From: Bugula neritina
Taxonomy: Eukaryota > Animalia > Bryozoa
Assembly: GCA_964035545.1 (NCBI GenBank)
Contig: OZ037771.1
Coordinates: 8,487,408-8,551,407, forward strand
Direction: 5' to 3'
DNA length: 64,000 bases
This document shows, piece after piece, positions 36,541-52,100 of the stretch. Position numbers and translations under genes: made by a program. Position 1 is the first letter of the stretch; each line of letters starts with the position of its first letter. The notes under the pieces are model-generated. The model searched no databases, was not told the origin of the DNA, and saw only the letters and a list, made by a program, of their open reading frames with translations.

Positions 36541-39500
36541 GTCTATTTTGTTTTGATACACACAGTCTTACATAGCAGTAGTTAATTGGTCTAAGTCAGC
36601 CATTCCTAAACTTGTGGGCTCAGGTCCGAAATTGAGTCTTGGAATATTTCTGTTGAGTCTTCATTGGTTCAGTTTAACTATTGTTGCATGAAATTTATAA
36701 TGTTATAGTTTTATAAACCAAGTACTGTAATGACTTGTGCAGACAATTTGGTGTAAATAGACAAGTAAAGTAAGCAATATAAGGCTCCAGTCACGTTATT
36801 TTCCACGTTTTATTTTACATGTAAATTTTACTTGAAAAATAAATTTTGGGAAGAATTGGTACTACAAAACATAGTATACAAGAGTTGTCTCCCCTAAATA
36901 CATGTAAGACACAACTCCAAAAATTGTGTATTGTAGTCTTGTGCAATAAACTACTAAGCTGTGGGTTATGCGTGTGTTGCAAAGCTAGAATATACTCTTT
37001 GTGTGTTTAAGAGAAAGAACTGAGATTGTAATCCTTGAGAGAGAATAGTTATATTTACAACACTAAATAGTTACAATTACAGCAAGATGAAAGCTAACAA
37101 TATTAACAGAGACTATACACTAGTAATCTGCCTAATGAGTACCACATAGACGAGGTTCAAAGTATGACATGGGGAAGGGGGTAGCATAGCATGCCCCATG
37201 GCCATCAAAATAAACTGAAAATAAACTAAAAAATCTTTTAAAAAGTGAAACTGAAGAAGTAGAAATAATTGTGCACAAATGAAAATTGGTTTTATGTAAT
37301 ATGCATGTATTAATAAGAGAAAAATTAACAACTAGGAGAACTGTGATCTTGTAAGAACTTACTAGATTTATTTGAATGTATTTAAATTATAGCTGTAAAA
37401 GGATAAGCTAGTATCAGCTAAATTTGATTAGTCGCTATAATAATGCTAGACAGTTGTGCTTGTTTGTGATTTTGTTTGTATTCGTGTTTGGGTGCCGCAA
37501 GCAAGAGCGCATGGTGTGTGCGTGTGTAGTCATATTGATAGTAACTGAAGAAAGAAGTAGAAAGTAGATCAGGATTTATTAATACATTTTTGACTACTGC
37601 TCTATCATATATAGGTCTGTGATTGGCTGCACGGTCACACGATCAAATATTTGCTGCCTTAGACAACTATGTTTAAAAATGATACACAGAGTTTGCTCTA
37701 CTAGGTCTATTTTATTATAAATAAATACAAGAAAACGTATGCAAGTTTATTGGCTTTACTAGAATTCAAGAAGGAATACTTGTGAGAAGCTTGGATTGAC
37801 TGTATACATTATTCTTACTATCAGTTAGTAACAATCTTGTAGACTGTAGACTGTGGCTCATACCTTGTAAGTATTGTCTAGGTTAATAACTTAATAATGT
37901 TAGCAGTAATCATTATGAAAAAGTCAGCCTATGTAATAATTAAATTTCACTTACATATAGTGAATATTTTCACTCCTGGTATTTAAAACGTCTAGATAGG
38001 GAAAATTTCCATATGGCTTTTTGAGTTTCAAAGGTACACGTAAATTACTTTCAAGTCAAAAAATAATTATATAAAACAACTTGCAACATCTGTTCTATAA
38101 CCAACTTTCTTGCTTAGATGGCTGTAGCCCTGCACTCCTGTGCCTACTGTCAAACTTACTTATTATCTTCTTTGAATGTAATTATGAGCAAAGCTAATGA
38201 CATACATAAAATAAATTTCTGTGGAAAAAGTTATTAAATGAAACTCAAAAAAAATTGTTAAAAGTTATAGACAAGCAATTTGAAGTAACTTAAAAAGAAT
38301 GTCACTTACACTTTGCAGTAAAAATACATAACACTATAATAATTCTTATATGCGCAATAACTGTAAAAAGTTTTGTAGTTTGCTTATAACCTTTATTACA
38401 TTTGTATTTGTGTCTTCGGTTTAGAGTGTGGAGTTGAAAATTTGGAAATTACAAGTTACTAGTAAAAAATTAGCCAGGTGCTGCGAGTAATTGACATGGT
38501 GGTATAACGTTATATCTGTAGCGAAAATCTTTATGTTGAATTAATTTTAATTTTGCAACATTTGTTGCCCCATTTCTAAATAGTAGCCGATAGTATATAA
38601 TTTTAATGAATAGTAGAAGTTGTCCCCCTTCATCAAGTGTCCCGTGACAAGAGAAGATCTTGATTTTCTCTGTCTACAATATGAAGTACAGTAGCCTACT
38701 ATACAAAACAGCATAAGGAGGCACCAGCATTTATACCCAACCTGTTTAGTATTGCAATGCATACCAATTGTGTTACACAGATTATAGAAATAACAGAATT
38801 CACAGGTACGTTGTAAATGATCGGTTAGCATCTTGAGGTGACAGTACTTGTATAAATAGATGAAGATGGCCTGACAGGGTCATAACCTGAAGTATATTCT
38901 GTGTATTATTGACAGAAAGATTCTAACTTATAATAAGTAGAGAGACATAGTATTGGTCTATTATAGGACTTACTATCAACATATCAGTATAGGTTAAACT
39001 AAATTCTATAGGATAAAATTAGGATATAAATATATCATTCTCAGGATGAGGCAAAATAGCAGGTTCTGCAATTTTTTTGGAGGTGTTGGCTTGTGTCAGT
39101 AATACCTGCTATATCAGTAGTGTCAGTAATGTCAGCTGCATCAGTAATGTCAGTGGTGTCAGGAAAGTTTATTCTTGCAAATGTTTTATTCTTGTATAGA
39201 ATTTATCGTCCTGCACCACTTAACAAGAGTGAAATCGAACACTAAAAGTCTATCTTTCAGGTTGTGCTACATAACTCACTTTTCTATTTATACTGTTATT
39301 AGTTTTTTCCTTCAAGCTACCTGGTCTAGATCATTTTAAACTGTGGCAAATGTTTTCAATACTTTCCTTAACTGTGAAACTAAAGTTATATAATATATAC
39401 TGTACAGTATATGTGCTGAAATAGATAAAATTATGCATTTTTAAAAATTATAGTGCTGTTTTGAATAAAAAACCATCCATGATATTAAGCTAATGCATAT

Positions 39501-40124
39501 ATATCTGTATACCAAAAGAAATGTCACACCTTAATGCATAATATATCACTGTACTAATTAGAGTCCGTATCAAATTACATCATATACATTAACTCTCTCT
39601 ACTAGAAGAGGTAGTTAAGTTGCTTTAGAACAGCATATGATAAAAATTTTCAAAAACCTGTCTATTTCAAAGTTAAAATAGACGTAAAAGAAGCCCAAGC
39701 TTACATTACAGATTGGCAACAGAATTTCATAGAACATTTTGTCTATTATCTCCAACAAACATTTTGTCATTTGTTTTAAAATAAATGTGTTTTTTTTAAT
39801 ATTCAATTTAGTTGGTGTACTATTGTAGACACAATAGTGTGCCTTGTTCAACAACTTTCATGCTTATTGCTGTTTAAATCATTAAAACATAGTTTTTGTA
39901 TCTCAGCCAAAATACTTACTGCGGCTTTATTAGTGATCTGCTATATTATTGTATTTCAAAATAGTTGCTCCTGTTGGCAAGCCAACACCACGAATCAAGT
40001 TTAGATGATAAGAATAATGATGTCATCTTAGAGAGATTATTTTTATGTTCTATACAGTTTACTAGAGAGAAGAGGGAGAGTGGCTGAAACAGACTGACTA
40101 CTACTAGAAGCAACTATCCTGGAG

Positions 40125-43100
40125 ATGATGAAGATATACAACTGCCTGGTTTACTTACCAATACTCTTGTCAGTTTTGGACAGTGTGGAGTCACTAGAGC
40201 TAAACATTGGCATGTTTAGTAGGAATTTGACTAACGGAAGCATAACAACTATAGTCTACAACGAGACTGGTGGGTTCTGCAATAGCTTTGTCTCTGGTGA
40301 AGCAGAAGAGTGCAAGTACTATGGCGAATGTTGTGGAGATGTGATGATGATTAGAGAGAGGCTGGAACGTGGAACCTATCAGTGTATGAACATAGGAGAC
40401 ACCCAGGGTTAGTTTCAATTCCTCCTCAGCTACTGCCATATTTTACTTAAATTGAGAGAAAACAAGCAGCTTATTAAAATAGAAATCAATCTAGTGAACT
40501 ATTACAAAATATTGTTATCTTTTGCTCATCTAAAGTATCTAAACAGTTGCTTTGTGATATCAAATAGGACCATTAGTTGTACAGATTTGTTTTCTGAACT
40601 TATAGCCATGTTACAGATTACTCTCATCATTGCTCACCGTAACCATTTTAGTCTTTGCCGGTAAACTACATGTATGCATAAGTTAAGATTTTTCCGAGTG
40701 CTTGCATAACATGCTTTGGCTTTTTAAAAGCTGATGGCCCTGATGAAGTATGTAACTAGCTATTCAAAAAAGATACTTTTGAACAAATATATAAAATACC
40801 TTATAACTGAAAACACGTGGGCTATATAATCACTATTTTAGTTGCAGTGGTTGCATATCCTACATAAGCCTAAATCCACCTGCTTAAATGTTACAGTGTA
40901 AGCATAGCATTGTTACAAAGTCTATTTTTAGCAAATAAGCACATGACAGGTAAAGGTTAAATAAGCAAATCTGGTTAACTTCTGTGGCCGATTTCTGTCT
41001 AGCATGTTCATAAGTTGTTCATACCTAAAGCTTGTTTTTGCCAATAAATATTTGATTAGTTCAGTCGACAACATTCCTGCAATATTTTTGGACGAGGAAG
41101 TATCATTATGTGAAAAGTAATTTACTAGCCAACTAGAGTAGAGCTAGAGAACAAATTCTTGCAATTAATTTATGCAAGTTTTTAGTGAGTTATATAACAG
41201 CATTGGATAGTTTATTCATATAATAGAATATAATTACATAGCACATTTCTTGTATATCCTAGCTTTTAAATTGCTTTGATAGACCTAATAGAATCAACTA
41301 TTAATTTGTGATAAAATCTGAACATTTTAGTAGCTTGGCAAGTCAACAGAGTTGGACTAATTGCATACAAGTACTTATTCGCGTTTCAGATCAAATCTTC
41401 AAATATTGATGTATATCAAGCATGAGAATCCAACACCTTTTAGATATAGTTTTAGGATGTGTTGTCTAACACTTCCCCAAGTTGTACCCAAAGTTTTCTA
41501 CACATAGGCCTTACAACAGCAAATGTTGACATGGTTAATCTAACAGAGAGGTGTGAGCTGTGAGCTTGTAGCAAATTGCATTAGTCTGCCAAATCTCTAT
41601 TCCCATGCACACTTGATTTATCACTCTGAACTCATAAATTGTTAGTATAATGTGTTTCTCTCTGATAGTTAAGGTAGTTATTATATTATATTATTTAGTA
41701 GCAACTATATTAAAAGTGTTTATTATGACTGTGTAAAGGAGTGAGAAGCCCAATGAGGCAGTGGTATGCTAGGTATCTTATACTCTGCCTCAATGGGGAA
41801 ATTGCAAACTTTCAATACCTAGTATACCAGTATTTGTAGCAGGCATTCTCCAAGCTCAAATACTACCTGACCTGTTACATACTAGTCATATAGGTAGTTA
41901 TATACTAGTAGTATTAGCTGGCAGGTTACATGCTAGTAGAATTAGCTGGCAGGTTACATGCAATAATACCAAGCCACCCTGACAACATCTCTATTAATCA
42001 TCCCTAATCCAATCAATAATTGGTTTTTTACAATCACTTAGAGCTTAATGTGAATCCCTAGTTCTGCATAGATTGTTTTAATGTTTCAAATCTTGAAGGA
42101 GTAGCCTGTCATTTACGTAAAGTAATTATGAAATTTCAATAGCCTAAATTATCCAATTCTTCAAAAATCTTATAAGTTCTTAAATTACTATGGTACGTAA
42201 TAATATAAAAGTATAAAAACTCACACAAGTTTATCTTCACTATCCCTGTGAGAACCGCCGATAGAAAGAGTTTTTTAAGCAGGCTAAGGACTTATCTGGC
42301 ACAGGAGCAATTATGACTAAATGCTCTTCCTAACATCACCAATGGGCTTTACTGAAGATCAAACCCATGACCTTGATTTACTCAACCAACGCTCTAACCC
42401 CTACCAGCTACACAATAATAATGTAATAATAATGTATACAATATATACAACTTTAAGCGTATAGTAGCAAATACAATTGGTAAAAGTTGAACCAAATTTG
42501 TTCTGTGATCAGAAGTACAGCAAAGTATGGGGGAAACTCATGAAGAGATGTGTTAGTGCAGTGCTTTCTTTGAATTATCAATTGCTTATATTATTCTACT
42601 CTGTTGTCATCTCTTGGATTGATGCAGTATTGAAAACTTTAAATACTGGGTACCTTTTACAATCTCCTAAACACGCCCTTTCCTCCCACGTCTGGCCGAT
42701 TATAGTAAAACAGCAGCCCTTAAAATGTCTATATACTAAACAGCGCAACTCATTCTAACAGATTGCTAAACAGAAACAACTTGCCCTTTTTGTATAGATA
42801 CAGATATTTTGTTGATTGGCTGTGTTTGTAGAAGTTACTTTCTCTCTATGCTTCTGTCTTAAAGGCCTTTCACCTGAATATAGTGCTTTCTTATTTGTAT
42901 GATGAAATGCAGTCAAACTAAAGGCACTGTATATAGTTTCTGTTTAAATGGAAACCACAATAAATTCATGTTATGAAATCTGAAATGCCCCAAGCAGGTT
43001 GTATGTGCTGCAGGAGTATCTGGCTAGCTGTTTAGTTCCTGCACTAAAATCCTATACATTTCTAAGCAGCATCAAAATATTACTGATTCTAATTTAGGAT

Positions 43101-46100
43101 ATGTAGTGAACAGATGTCCAGTTGGTACAGATGACAAGCTAGCTCAACTCTGTACATGTGCTACTCAGTCAGAAGGTAAAGTAGTTTTCATTACTATAAT
43201 TTTATTCTGATCAAGCATCCTTGCTATTTGCTTTTCTTATATGTTGCTACCAAATTCAAAATGTACTACCAGCAGCCACAGGAGGAGCTTCAGGCTACAA
43301 GTGTACATGAAATAGACCTGTAAAACACACACACGCACACACCTCACAACACAATCTGCTACACAAAAGTGGCCCTTTTCCAAACACCAAAACATGCTAA
43401 GACTAACTTCTTAATTCTCTAAGATCAGATTCTGTAACAAATAATCTGCCCAAAACTGTACTAATATTATACAATTACCTGTGAAGTGAAGCATGCGGTC
43501 GAGTTAAATGGCAGAGGATAAAATACAAGCAAGGATTTAATCTGATAATTTGCAGATGATGCAACTCCAAACTCGGAGGATGTTTTAAGCAATTACTAGC
43601 CACAATTATTTATTACATCTCAACACTATTACTATTCTATAAAAACTGTAAATATGAGCTTTATATTGGCATTCAATTTTAGTAAATATATTATTATTCT
43701 GTTTGTACGAATCTTAGAAACATTCTCAACTTATAATATTTTGAGGAGGGTGATTTTGGGTCCCTATAAAATCAAACCAACAACTAGAATCTTTATGTAT
43801 ATCAGGTTGTTTAGCTCCTTTGGTAGGGTGAGTTTAGTGACGAAGTTTTAGCCTACTATTCCAATGTAATCTTCTTCATTGCCTGCAATGCTGCCCGTGC
43901 AGTGCTGGCTATAATGGTATATGTGAAGGAGTTGTCAACTTCTGATTTTTTATGTATATATTTATGCTGTAGGTCTCAACTTATTTGTTCATATAGTCTT
44001 TAATATAGGGTATTGGCTATATGTTATTTAATATAATATGCAGTATTGATAATGTGGTATTGGCTACATGGGATTGAATGTGCGGTATTGATAATATGAT
44101 ATATAATAATAATAATATATAATATGAAGTATACAGATGTCTCTTGAAATTAAATTAAGCTATAATTGCTGTTTGAAAACAATTTTGGTATTTTCCAACT
44201 TCTGCCAACATAAATCTATCACATCACTGTGTTAAATTCAGATGCATACGTTTCTTCTCTTCCTTTTGCTTATGCTAATTTTTGGGGGGCTTTTTATTTG
44301 TGGTTCCTGAGTGTAAGTTTGCTTCTTTGTCTTTGGTGGCACTTATTGCTTTAGTATCATTTAATACTGGGTATATAATAACAATTATATTATGTTTTGA
44401 TTGAGTCATGACAATATTAAATATAGAGATTGTACTCATTTGTTATTATTGAAGTATTCTTATCTAAATGGTTTGATTCAAGGCTAATGTAGTCTGAATA
44501 ATGTTATATTTTAGGTTGTTCACCAAAGAAAGCCATTATAGAGCAGTGGCCTGTGACTGGAACATACACTGGCATTACCTACAAGAACATGTACTGTGCA
44601 ATATGTAATGGAGCATTAAACCCAAATTTTGGTGGTCCTATGCTTCCATTTGACCCTCTGCTTGCTATAGAGTTTTGGACCACACAGATTTACTGCACCA
44701 ATGAGACCATTCAAGAAATAGAGAGCAATAAATTTGACATTCTTATGTTGCAAAACTTGCTGAGACAAAGGTGAGCTTTTATTGTGGAGCTCATTACTAT
44801 ATAAGTTCAGAAGATTCCAACATAGTTAGGGACACAACTCCTTTGATATCCTAAATTGTAGAATTCTGAAACTATCTATTGAACTTACCTTACTCTCTTA
44901 ATAGCCTTAATTCTTTAATCTCAATAAATGTTTTGGGTTTAAGGAGTAAGAGATTAATTTCTTGCTCTCACAAGAACATCATATTCATTGCTACATTACA
45001 ACCTAAAACTCATGCTGTTCTCCATTACACCTACTTCCGTATTTGTAGCTTGTACTTAGCTAATCAGAAGCTGCCCTTATTGATAAGCATTCTCTAAGCC
45101 TAGAGCCACACTGTGCGTATTTTCGCATGCGAAAATTGAAACCACGAGTAGCAAAGGTGTCCACTGTATGCGTTGAGAAAACATTCGCACTTGTCGCTCA
45201 GCATTCTGAACGCAAGTGCGAATCGTCTCTGTCGTTGTCATCTAATTGGCTGGTAGTTATTTAGCGAGCCCAATTCTTTTATTTTAGTGCTATATTCCAG
45301 TAATTTGCGTTTTATTAAAAGCGAGTGCGATTTAAAATTGAAAGCTTTATTTATCACGCATCACTGACGCTACATTGGACACCTTTGCTACCTGTGGTTT
45401 CAATTTTCGCATGCGAAAATACGCACAGTGTGGCCCTAGGCTAAAAGTTAAAACCTTCAATTAGGATTGAATAGAAGTTAATAATTTTTTTGGTCTTATG
45501 TAGTGACAATTGACAGACATTACATATATGTCAAATATACCAGCATATAATTTCATATGAAGGTATATCTGGTATAATGGTATAATGTGGTATATTATCA
45601 AGATTTATAATGGTATAAATATTGATATGGTATAAACTATAATATCATATAATATATCATCTTGTATCTTGCACACACAATGCACATATATTACACATAT
45701 ATTATACATCACACATATTATAGAAGCATATATAAGATGTGCAATTTTAACACACCTATTAGATTACTTCATCTAGAAAGTATAATGTGTAATGTATGAG
45801 ATATGGTGTGTACATATTTTGCTGTTCCTTTGTAGCCTTTTATGTTAATATGATGAAAAACGCATTTTTGTCACTATACCATACGGTTTCTCATTGGTTT
45901 GCCACTAATGGTTAGAGAGCTGGCCTAGTATAAACTGTCCTAGTATAAACTGTCCTAGAACACAGGCTATGCTGAGATGTAGGTCCTAGGTGTTGGCATG
46001 GCAACAATACTCTACAAACTTGAAATCAAAAATAATGACTTAACTGGTTTATTTGGTATAGGGAGTGTTGGGTAAAGCATGTTGCTACAGAAAGTGGTGT

Positions 46101-49100
46101 CCACAGAGCAGACTGTAGTGATTACATTACTAAATGTCCACAAACTTATGGCAATGAAGAGATTAGACGGCTGTGCGAGTTTGGGCCAGTCCATAACTAC
46201 CGAAATCAGCCCTTCGACGTACACTTCTACAGAAACATGTTTTGTGAATGGTGTTGGAGAGAATCTGATGAGCTGGGTGTTCCAAATCTTATTTTCCCAG
46301 AGTTTCCATCTGGTATGTATCTTATATATAGTTATATCCTAGTTCAGCTGTTCCTCTAATTGATCTGCTTTAAAATTAACTTTATTGTAGCTTTTTACAT
46401 AATTTACAATAATTAGTTAAAGTTCAACACATAATATGTAGTTAATATATAACATTAAATATCCAATTTATACTTAACATACGATATTTAATTGATAAAC
46501 AACATAATTATATCACTCAATAGGTGTGCAACATATAACTTATCTAGATTATTTATTCTTTATTACAAAATATTAAGAATTATTCTCATTATTTCTAATT
46601 ACTCTGTATAAAATGTATTGTAAAGTTACCAGTTCACACTAACACTAAGTACAGGTGTACTAAGTACACTGCACTTAATACACCTGAACTTAGTACACCT
46701 GTACTAGTTACACTGGTGCTTAGTACACACTGTTTAAATGTTATGACAAAATATCTGGAATATTTGCAATTAGATAACAAAATAGCTTGAATATTATTGG
46801 CAAAAGTGTGCCTATCATGTTGTAGGAGTGTGGCTGGCTACTGTTAAACCTGTGTTACAAAATCTACTAGAAGATCAGCTATCAGATGAAAATTTCAGAA
46901 TTCCCAACAGGCTGTCCCACATGTTTATATCATGGCCAAATGACTTCAACATGACCTACGCGTATAACAAGACTAGTCTATTGGCATGTAAGTATTTCTT
47001 TGTAATTCAAACTGGTAAATTAAAATAGCATAAAAATGTAATAGTATATAATAATAGCTTAATTTATTAAGTGTTGAAGAAGATTGGTCATTTTTATAAG
47101 CATAGGCTATATAGTGTAGATGCATACACTGCTGCTCATCATTTAAACAGTGTGTTTATAATCTAATTAACTATACATAAATCATAATTTTACAGCAGAG
47201 ATACTAAAGATGTGGGACTTAGGAAGTATGTATTGCTTGAGTAACTACAGCAGCGTGTGTGGAGAGTTGATTGTGTTTCCTGAAGCAACAGATTCCATTC
47301 AATGTTCTGGCCCCGGCTGTGCTTACAACCATGTCCAAGACTTGTCCAACTCTTGTGTCGGAGTTGAAGACTTCTCCTATGATCCTCAAGTTCAGATGCA
47401 GAGAACGTTTCTTTGGACTGTAGCTGAAATAGCTAAATATTTTAGTTTATGTGGTGTAACGACTCAATACAAAAATTGCGAGTAAGTGTTGGCACCTAAA
47501 CATTTCTTATGCATCTCACCATGTAACAACATAGCCTGAGATGCTTTTCTTTTATCAAATACTTACAATATAAGAGTTGTATGGCAAGATTTTTTCAGCT
47601 TCTAGACATGTACTAATAGACGGGTGAGTATAGTTTGTCTTGCTCTGTTTCAAAGGTGTGATCAAAGATGCCAATATTTTGGAACCTGCTGCCAAGATGT
47701 TGAAGTGGAAATGCCTATCCCTGACAAACGAATGGACTGGGTTTGTTATGATGTATACAGGACAGGAACAGGGACAGTAGTTGTCACCTCTTGCCCACAG
47801 GAAGCCAGTGATGAGGAGAAGACTCAATGTTCCATGGGAGATGTTGGAGAATGGAGTCTATATGGCTGGCTCGTCCTAGACAAAAACACTCGTTTGACGT
47901 ATGTTGTCTATAGATTTAGATTTTGTGGTTGAGTAACAGAACGCAGTTCTCAGTTGCTAAGGCTATTTTCAAATAAATAACTCATGATTTCTCAAAGGTT
48001 TAAAACAAGTTATACTGTTATAGTTGACTAGTGAAGTCGATTGGCTATGTAATACACACCTTATTCAGCAGAACTTACTGATCTTCAATTATTGTGTAGA
48101 ACTCGCAAGTACAGTAATATATCCAGTGCAAACAGAGTGTTTACTTCTAATTTTATTTTAGTATAGCCAATAATGTAAAATACCGTCACTTCCCTAATCA
48201 TTTCTTCAGATATAAGAATATGCACTGTGCAAGATGCAATAAAGCCACAAACACCAAATTCTGGGACCTAACAGTGAGATGTAAGCAGGATCAATCTGGT
48301 AACATAATGTAAGTTACTTTATTGAAATACTAAAATGTTTTGATGTTATACCTTGTCTATACATTAACTTAGCAATTTAATATATGAGCATGACAACCTA
48401 GCAGTGAATTTTTTAGTTAAATAGTCTGTTGCTGCATGAATTTAGACTCTCTTTTGGTGTTTTATATTAGTCACTTTGTGGGCTTACTATCAATTATTGC
48501 TATTAGTTATTAGTTGAAGTTACTAGATCTATACATTATTACTATATAATTGATGATGTGGTATTTCATGTGTTTTAGAGGAGAGTGTTCCTTTGACTCA
48601 TACACATTGTCACTAGATAACCCAGGCTACTTCTATGAATGCTCTTCAAATAAAGTATATAAGAGCAAATGTCCTGACATGTACTCAGAGTGGAAGCTGA
48701 GTGAAGACTGTGAGTGGGGACCAGTTTCATTCGTATATTACTATGCCGCAGTGTTTCGCAACTACTTCTGTGCCATCTGCAACCCGTCATACGAACTAGA
48801 ATATGGTGAAAGTGTGACTAGTGATCCCCTAAAGGATTTGTTCAATGAATCAGTTCAAGTGTCGCAGAGTAGTTATATCACAACCGTTAGACTGAGCTCT
48901 TGGCAATGTTGCGGAAGATGTGCACAGGACCTCCAACCTGTGTGCAGAGAAATAGAAAACTCAACCAGTGTATTACCTGAACTTATTTTGAAGGAATTGG
49001 TAAATAGTACGGTCTTCGCAAATAGTTTTCTTTTGACTGACTTATGTGGTGATGAAATGCACCAGTGCTTCGAAATTAAAACTGACAGTTTTCCCATCTC

Positions 49101-52100
49101 AAGGATTAGTGGAGGGTCGAGTGGTGACTTTCTTCAGCCAGATTTGAGAGACTTTCAAACTACATGGATGCCATATTATACCGCTAACAGCAATAGTATT
49201 GGAAAAGCAGTGTTCGGTGTAGCAAAATATCCACAAGAAAAAAAGACAACTTCAGTTCAGATGTGGAAAAGCTCGAATGATTCTATTATGTTCTGCTCCA
49301 ACAAGTCTATAATCTCACAGTTGTCAAACCAAGCATATAAACAGATCCAACTTTCAGCCAATGGGCTTCAGGTAAGTTAATTGCTCTTTTTTGCCACACT
49401 GCCTCATAAATTCTTAATAATGTAACAGTAAGAACCTCACTACACTATCTATAGCTGCGAGAATACTTTAACAGTTCAGACTGCAAAATGATTTGATATA
49501 CAGTGCTCCCTCTGTATTCCATTAATTCATTAAGCTGCGGGTCCCAAAACCTTGATTCATGATATAATAGAATACCAGATTTACTTCACAGATTTATTCA
49601 ACTCAGCCATTTTTCCCGCATACACACATACATAAGCAACAAAACGGAGGTCCAAGCCCTTCTTGTGACCTGTAAAATTGCATGAGAAATGTAACTGTGA
49701 GATATGGAGGGAGCACTGTAATTATCAAGTTCTATCTATAAATTTTGTGCATGTATATAAGCTTCTTTACTGACTACAATCAACTGCTGCTACAATCAAA
49801 GTAATATAAATTGACTATAATGTTTAGTTTATAAAGTATAAGAAACAACTTCATATAGTGGCTGTGTTGTGAATTTATGCAATCATGTATAATAAATTAC
49901 TTGAGGTGATTCTGAAAAGCTAACACTAGCATGTCACTCTCTTGTTAGTAGATGAGAGAAGAAAGTTACTCCACTGTGGTTTTCTGCAGCTCTTTAGTCA
50001 GATGGGTGAATCCGCATTCTATCTATGTATTTTGGCTTTGATCTTGGCAGCCAGGAAATCGCAGTTCTACAGGCCCCTCCTTAACTTCATTTTTGCTTGT
50101 GTCTAAATTTTCGTGTAGATTCTGGTGATGGGGTTTGAGTTGATGGTGGGGAGGCTGTCTGGGACAACAAGGTTGATCTGTTTTCTTAGTTGGCACGGGG
50201 TATTAGCACCCGGGGGGGGGGGGGGGGGCGAATTTGTGCCAGGAGCTGGTACCTGGAGTGGTGGTGGGCTCAGCGGAGGTACTGGGCGGTTGACTTCATC
50301 TTCCATGGGCAGCTTTGTTGATGGAAATCCTCCTAATAAAAGCTTGCACTTGCTGAGGTCCCATACATGTAGAAGGATCAGGTCCCGGCACCTAATGAAA
50401 AAATCCTTGACTGCTTCAAACAACCTGCTGATGTGGCATTTTGCACTTATGTTGCTGTGCAGTTTTACTAGGCCACCGCACCTCTTTCTTGGCTCGAAAT
50501 ATCTCAGCTATCACTTCCGGTAGCGTCTCTTTGAGCCTAAATAGCTCCTGGACAGTTCTGAACAAAGTAGGGTTGGCATATTGGGTGTCGAATGCGTCAG
50601 AATGGAGGTCAGGCCGAAGTTGGCCCTGTTTCCAACTGTATGCACCCATTTTCCCTATTTGTTCTGCAACATCAGAACAAGGTTGTCCTCCCACTATCAG
50701 CTCTATGTTTTGACATTGCTTACAGCCTCTGTCAGATTGTTGGCTTAGTCCATCAGCATTGTCATGTTTCTTCCCAAGTCGATGTCCCATCTGGTGAAAA
50801 AGCTCCACAAGGATCTCGAGCCAACGCACGACCTGACTAGAGGGATTAGCCAGTCTGCACAGCCATATCAATGATGCATAGTCAGTTTGTAACCTGAGCG
50901 TTCTCTCATACAAATATGGTCTTGAATGCTTGACGGTTAAAATCAATGCCAGGAGCTCTTTCTTGGTGAATCAGTATGTTTTTCAAGTGATCTAAAAATT
51001 TTTGCTATAGTCCCAAAGAATGGCCTAGACTCTGACATCTTATACTTTTTCATGGTTAGTAGCCACCCCGTCCCGGCCAACTACATGACAGAGGTACTTT
51101 ACCTCTGGCTGCAACAGAGCACACTTGGAGGGTTTAATCTTCAGACCGGCTTTACAGAGTCTCTCGGATACCTCTGGCAGGCGACTGACATGAGTTGTAA
51201 AGTCTGGGGAGATGATGATGACATCATGGAGGTAAATGAGCAAAGTCTTACAGTGTAGTCCACTGAGGACCTTATTCAAGAAAGGCATCCCTAATATGGC
51301 ATCCCCATTGAGCTGACTGACAATAACGATCTCAGGAATTACTTGGTCACAGGCTCATCCTCTCAACCATGTCGTAGAACGGAATGCATGTTTTGTCCAC
51401 CAACATACCATGCTCACCGTCATGCGGTTCCAGACTTACCCAATTTTGTGCACTGAGAGTGTCAAAGAGATGCCGGTTCAAGAGGTTGGTGGTACATCCT
51501 ATATAATCTAACAACAATGTACCAGCTAAGCACAAAGCAACCGCTCCCGTAAGGTTGAGTGTTCCTCAACTATGCAGCCTTTTTTTAGAGACACTACTTG
51601 TGTGTTGAGTATGAGGGGATTCCTTATGCCGCTCAAACTCCTTGCCTATTCCTTTCACTAGCATCCATTTGAACCTATTTCGTTGGAGGTTTTGACGCAC
51701 CTGGTTGTCTGCCTACTCTCCATATGGTTTGCCACTACCATAGGAGCACCTCCGGTATCCGGATGGGTATAGAGTTTCTCCTTTGTTGAGAAGGCATAAA
51801 CCAGGGTCCACAGTCAGCGGATTCTACTGTGAGCCCTCGTAACTTAAAATCCTTGGCAAAAGTGTCCCTCACTGCCACATCTTTAGCAGGTAGAGCAACA
51901 CTTCCCAACAGGAGTGACCCATGACCGTATAGGTCGGTCAGCGACCTTCGTCTGTTTAAAACGTCTCGAGTTGGCCAGCAGTTCCTTTGTTAGTTTTGCC
52001 GTCATGGACAGCTCAATGGAAAGTGGTGAGGTCAACGTGGCAGTCTTGTGAATCGACACAGATGAATTGGAAGTCACTTTTCCATTCTCGGCATCCACCT

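Noticed and set aside
50212-50228. Poly-G/poly-C runs (also ~5077-5093 and ~27357-27375) as functional G-quadruplexes
   Set aside because: Simple homopolymers in TE or paralogue-specific DNA, not conserved between the units.
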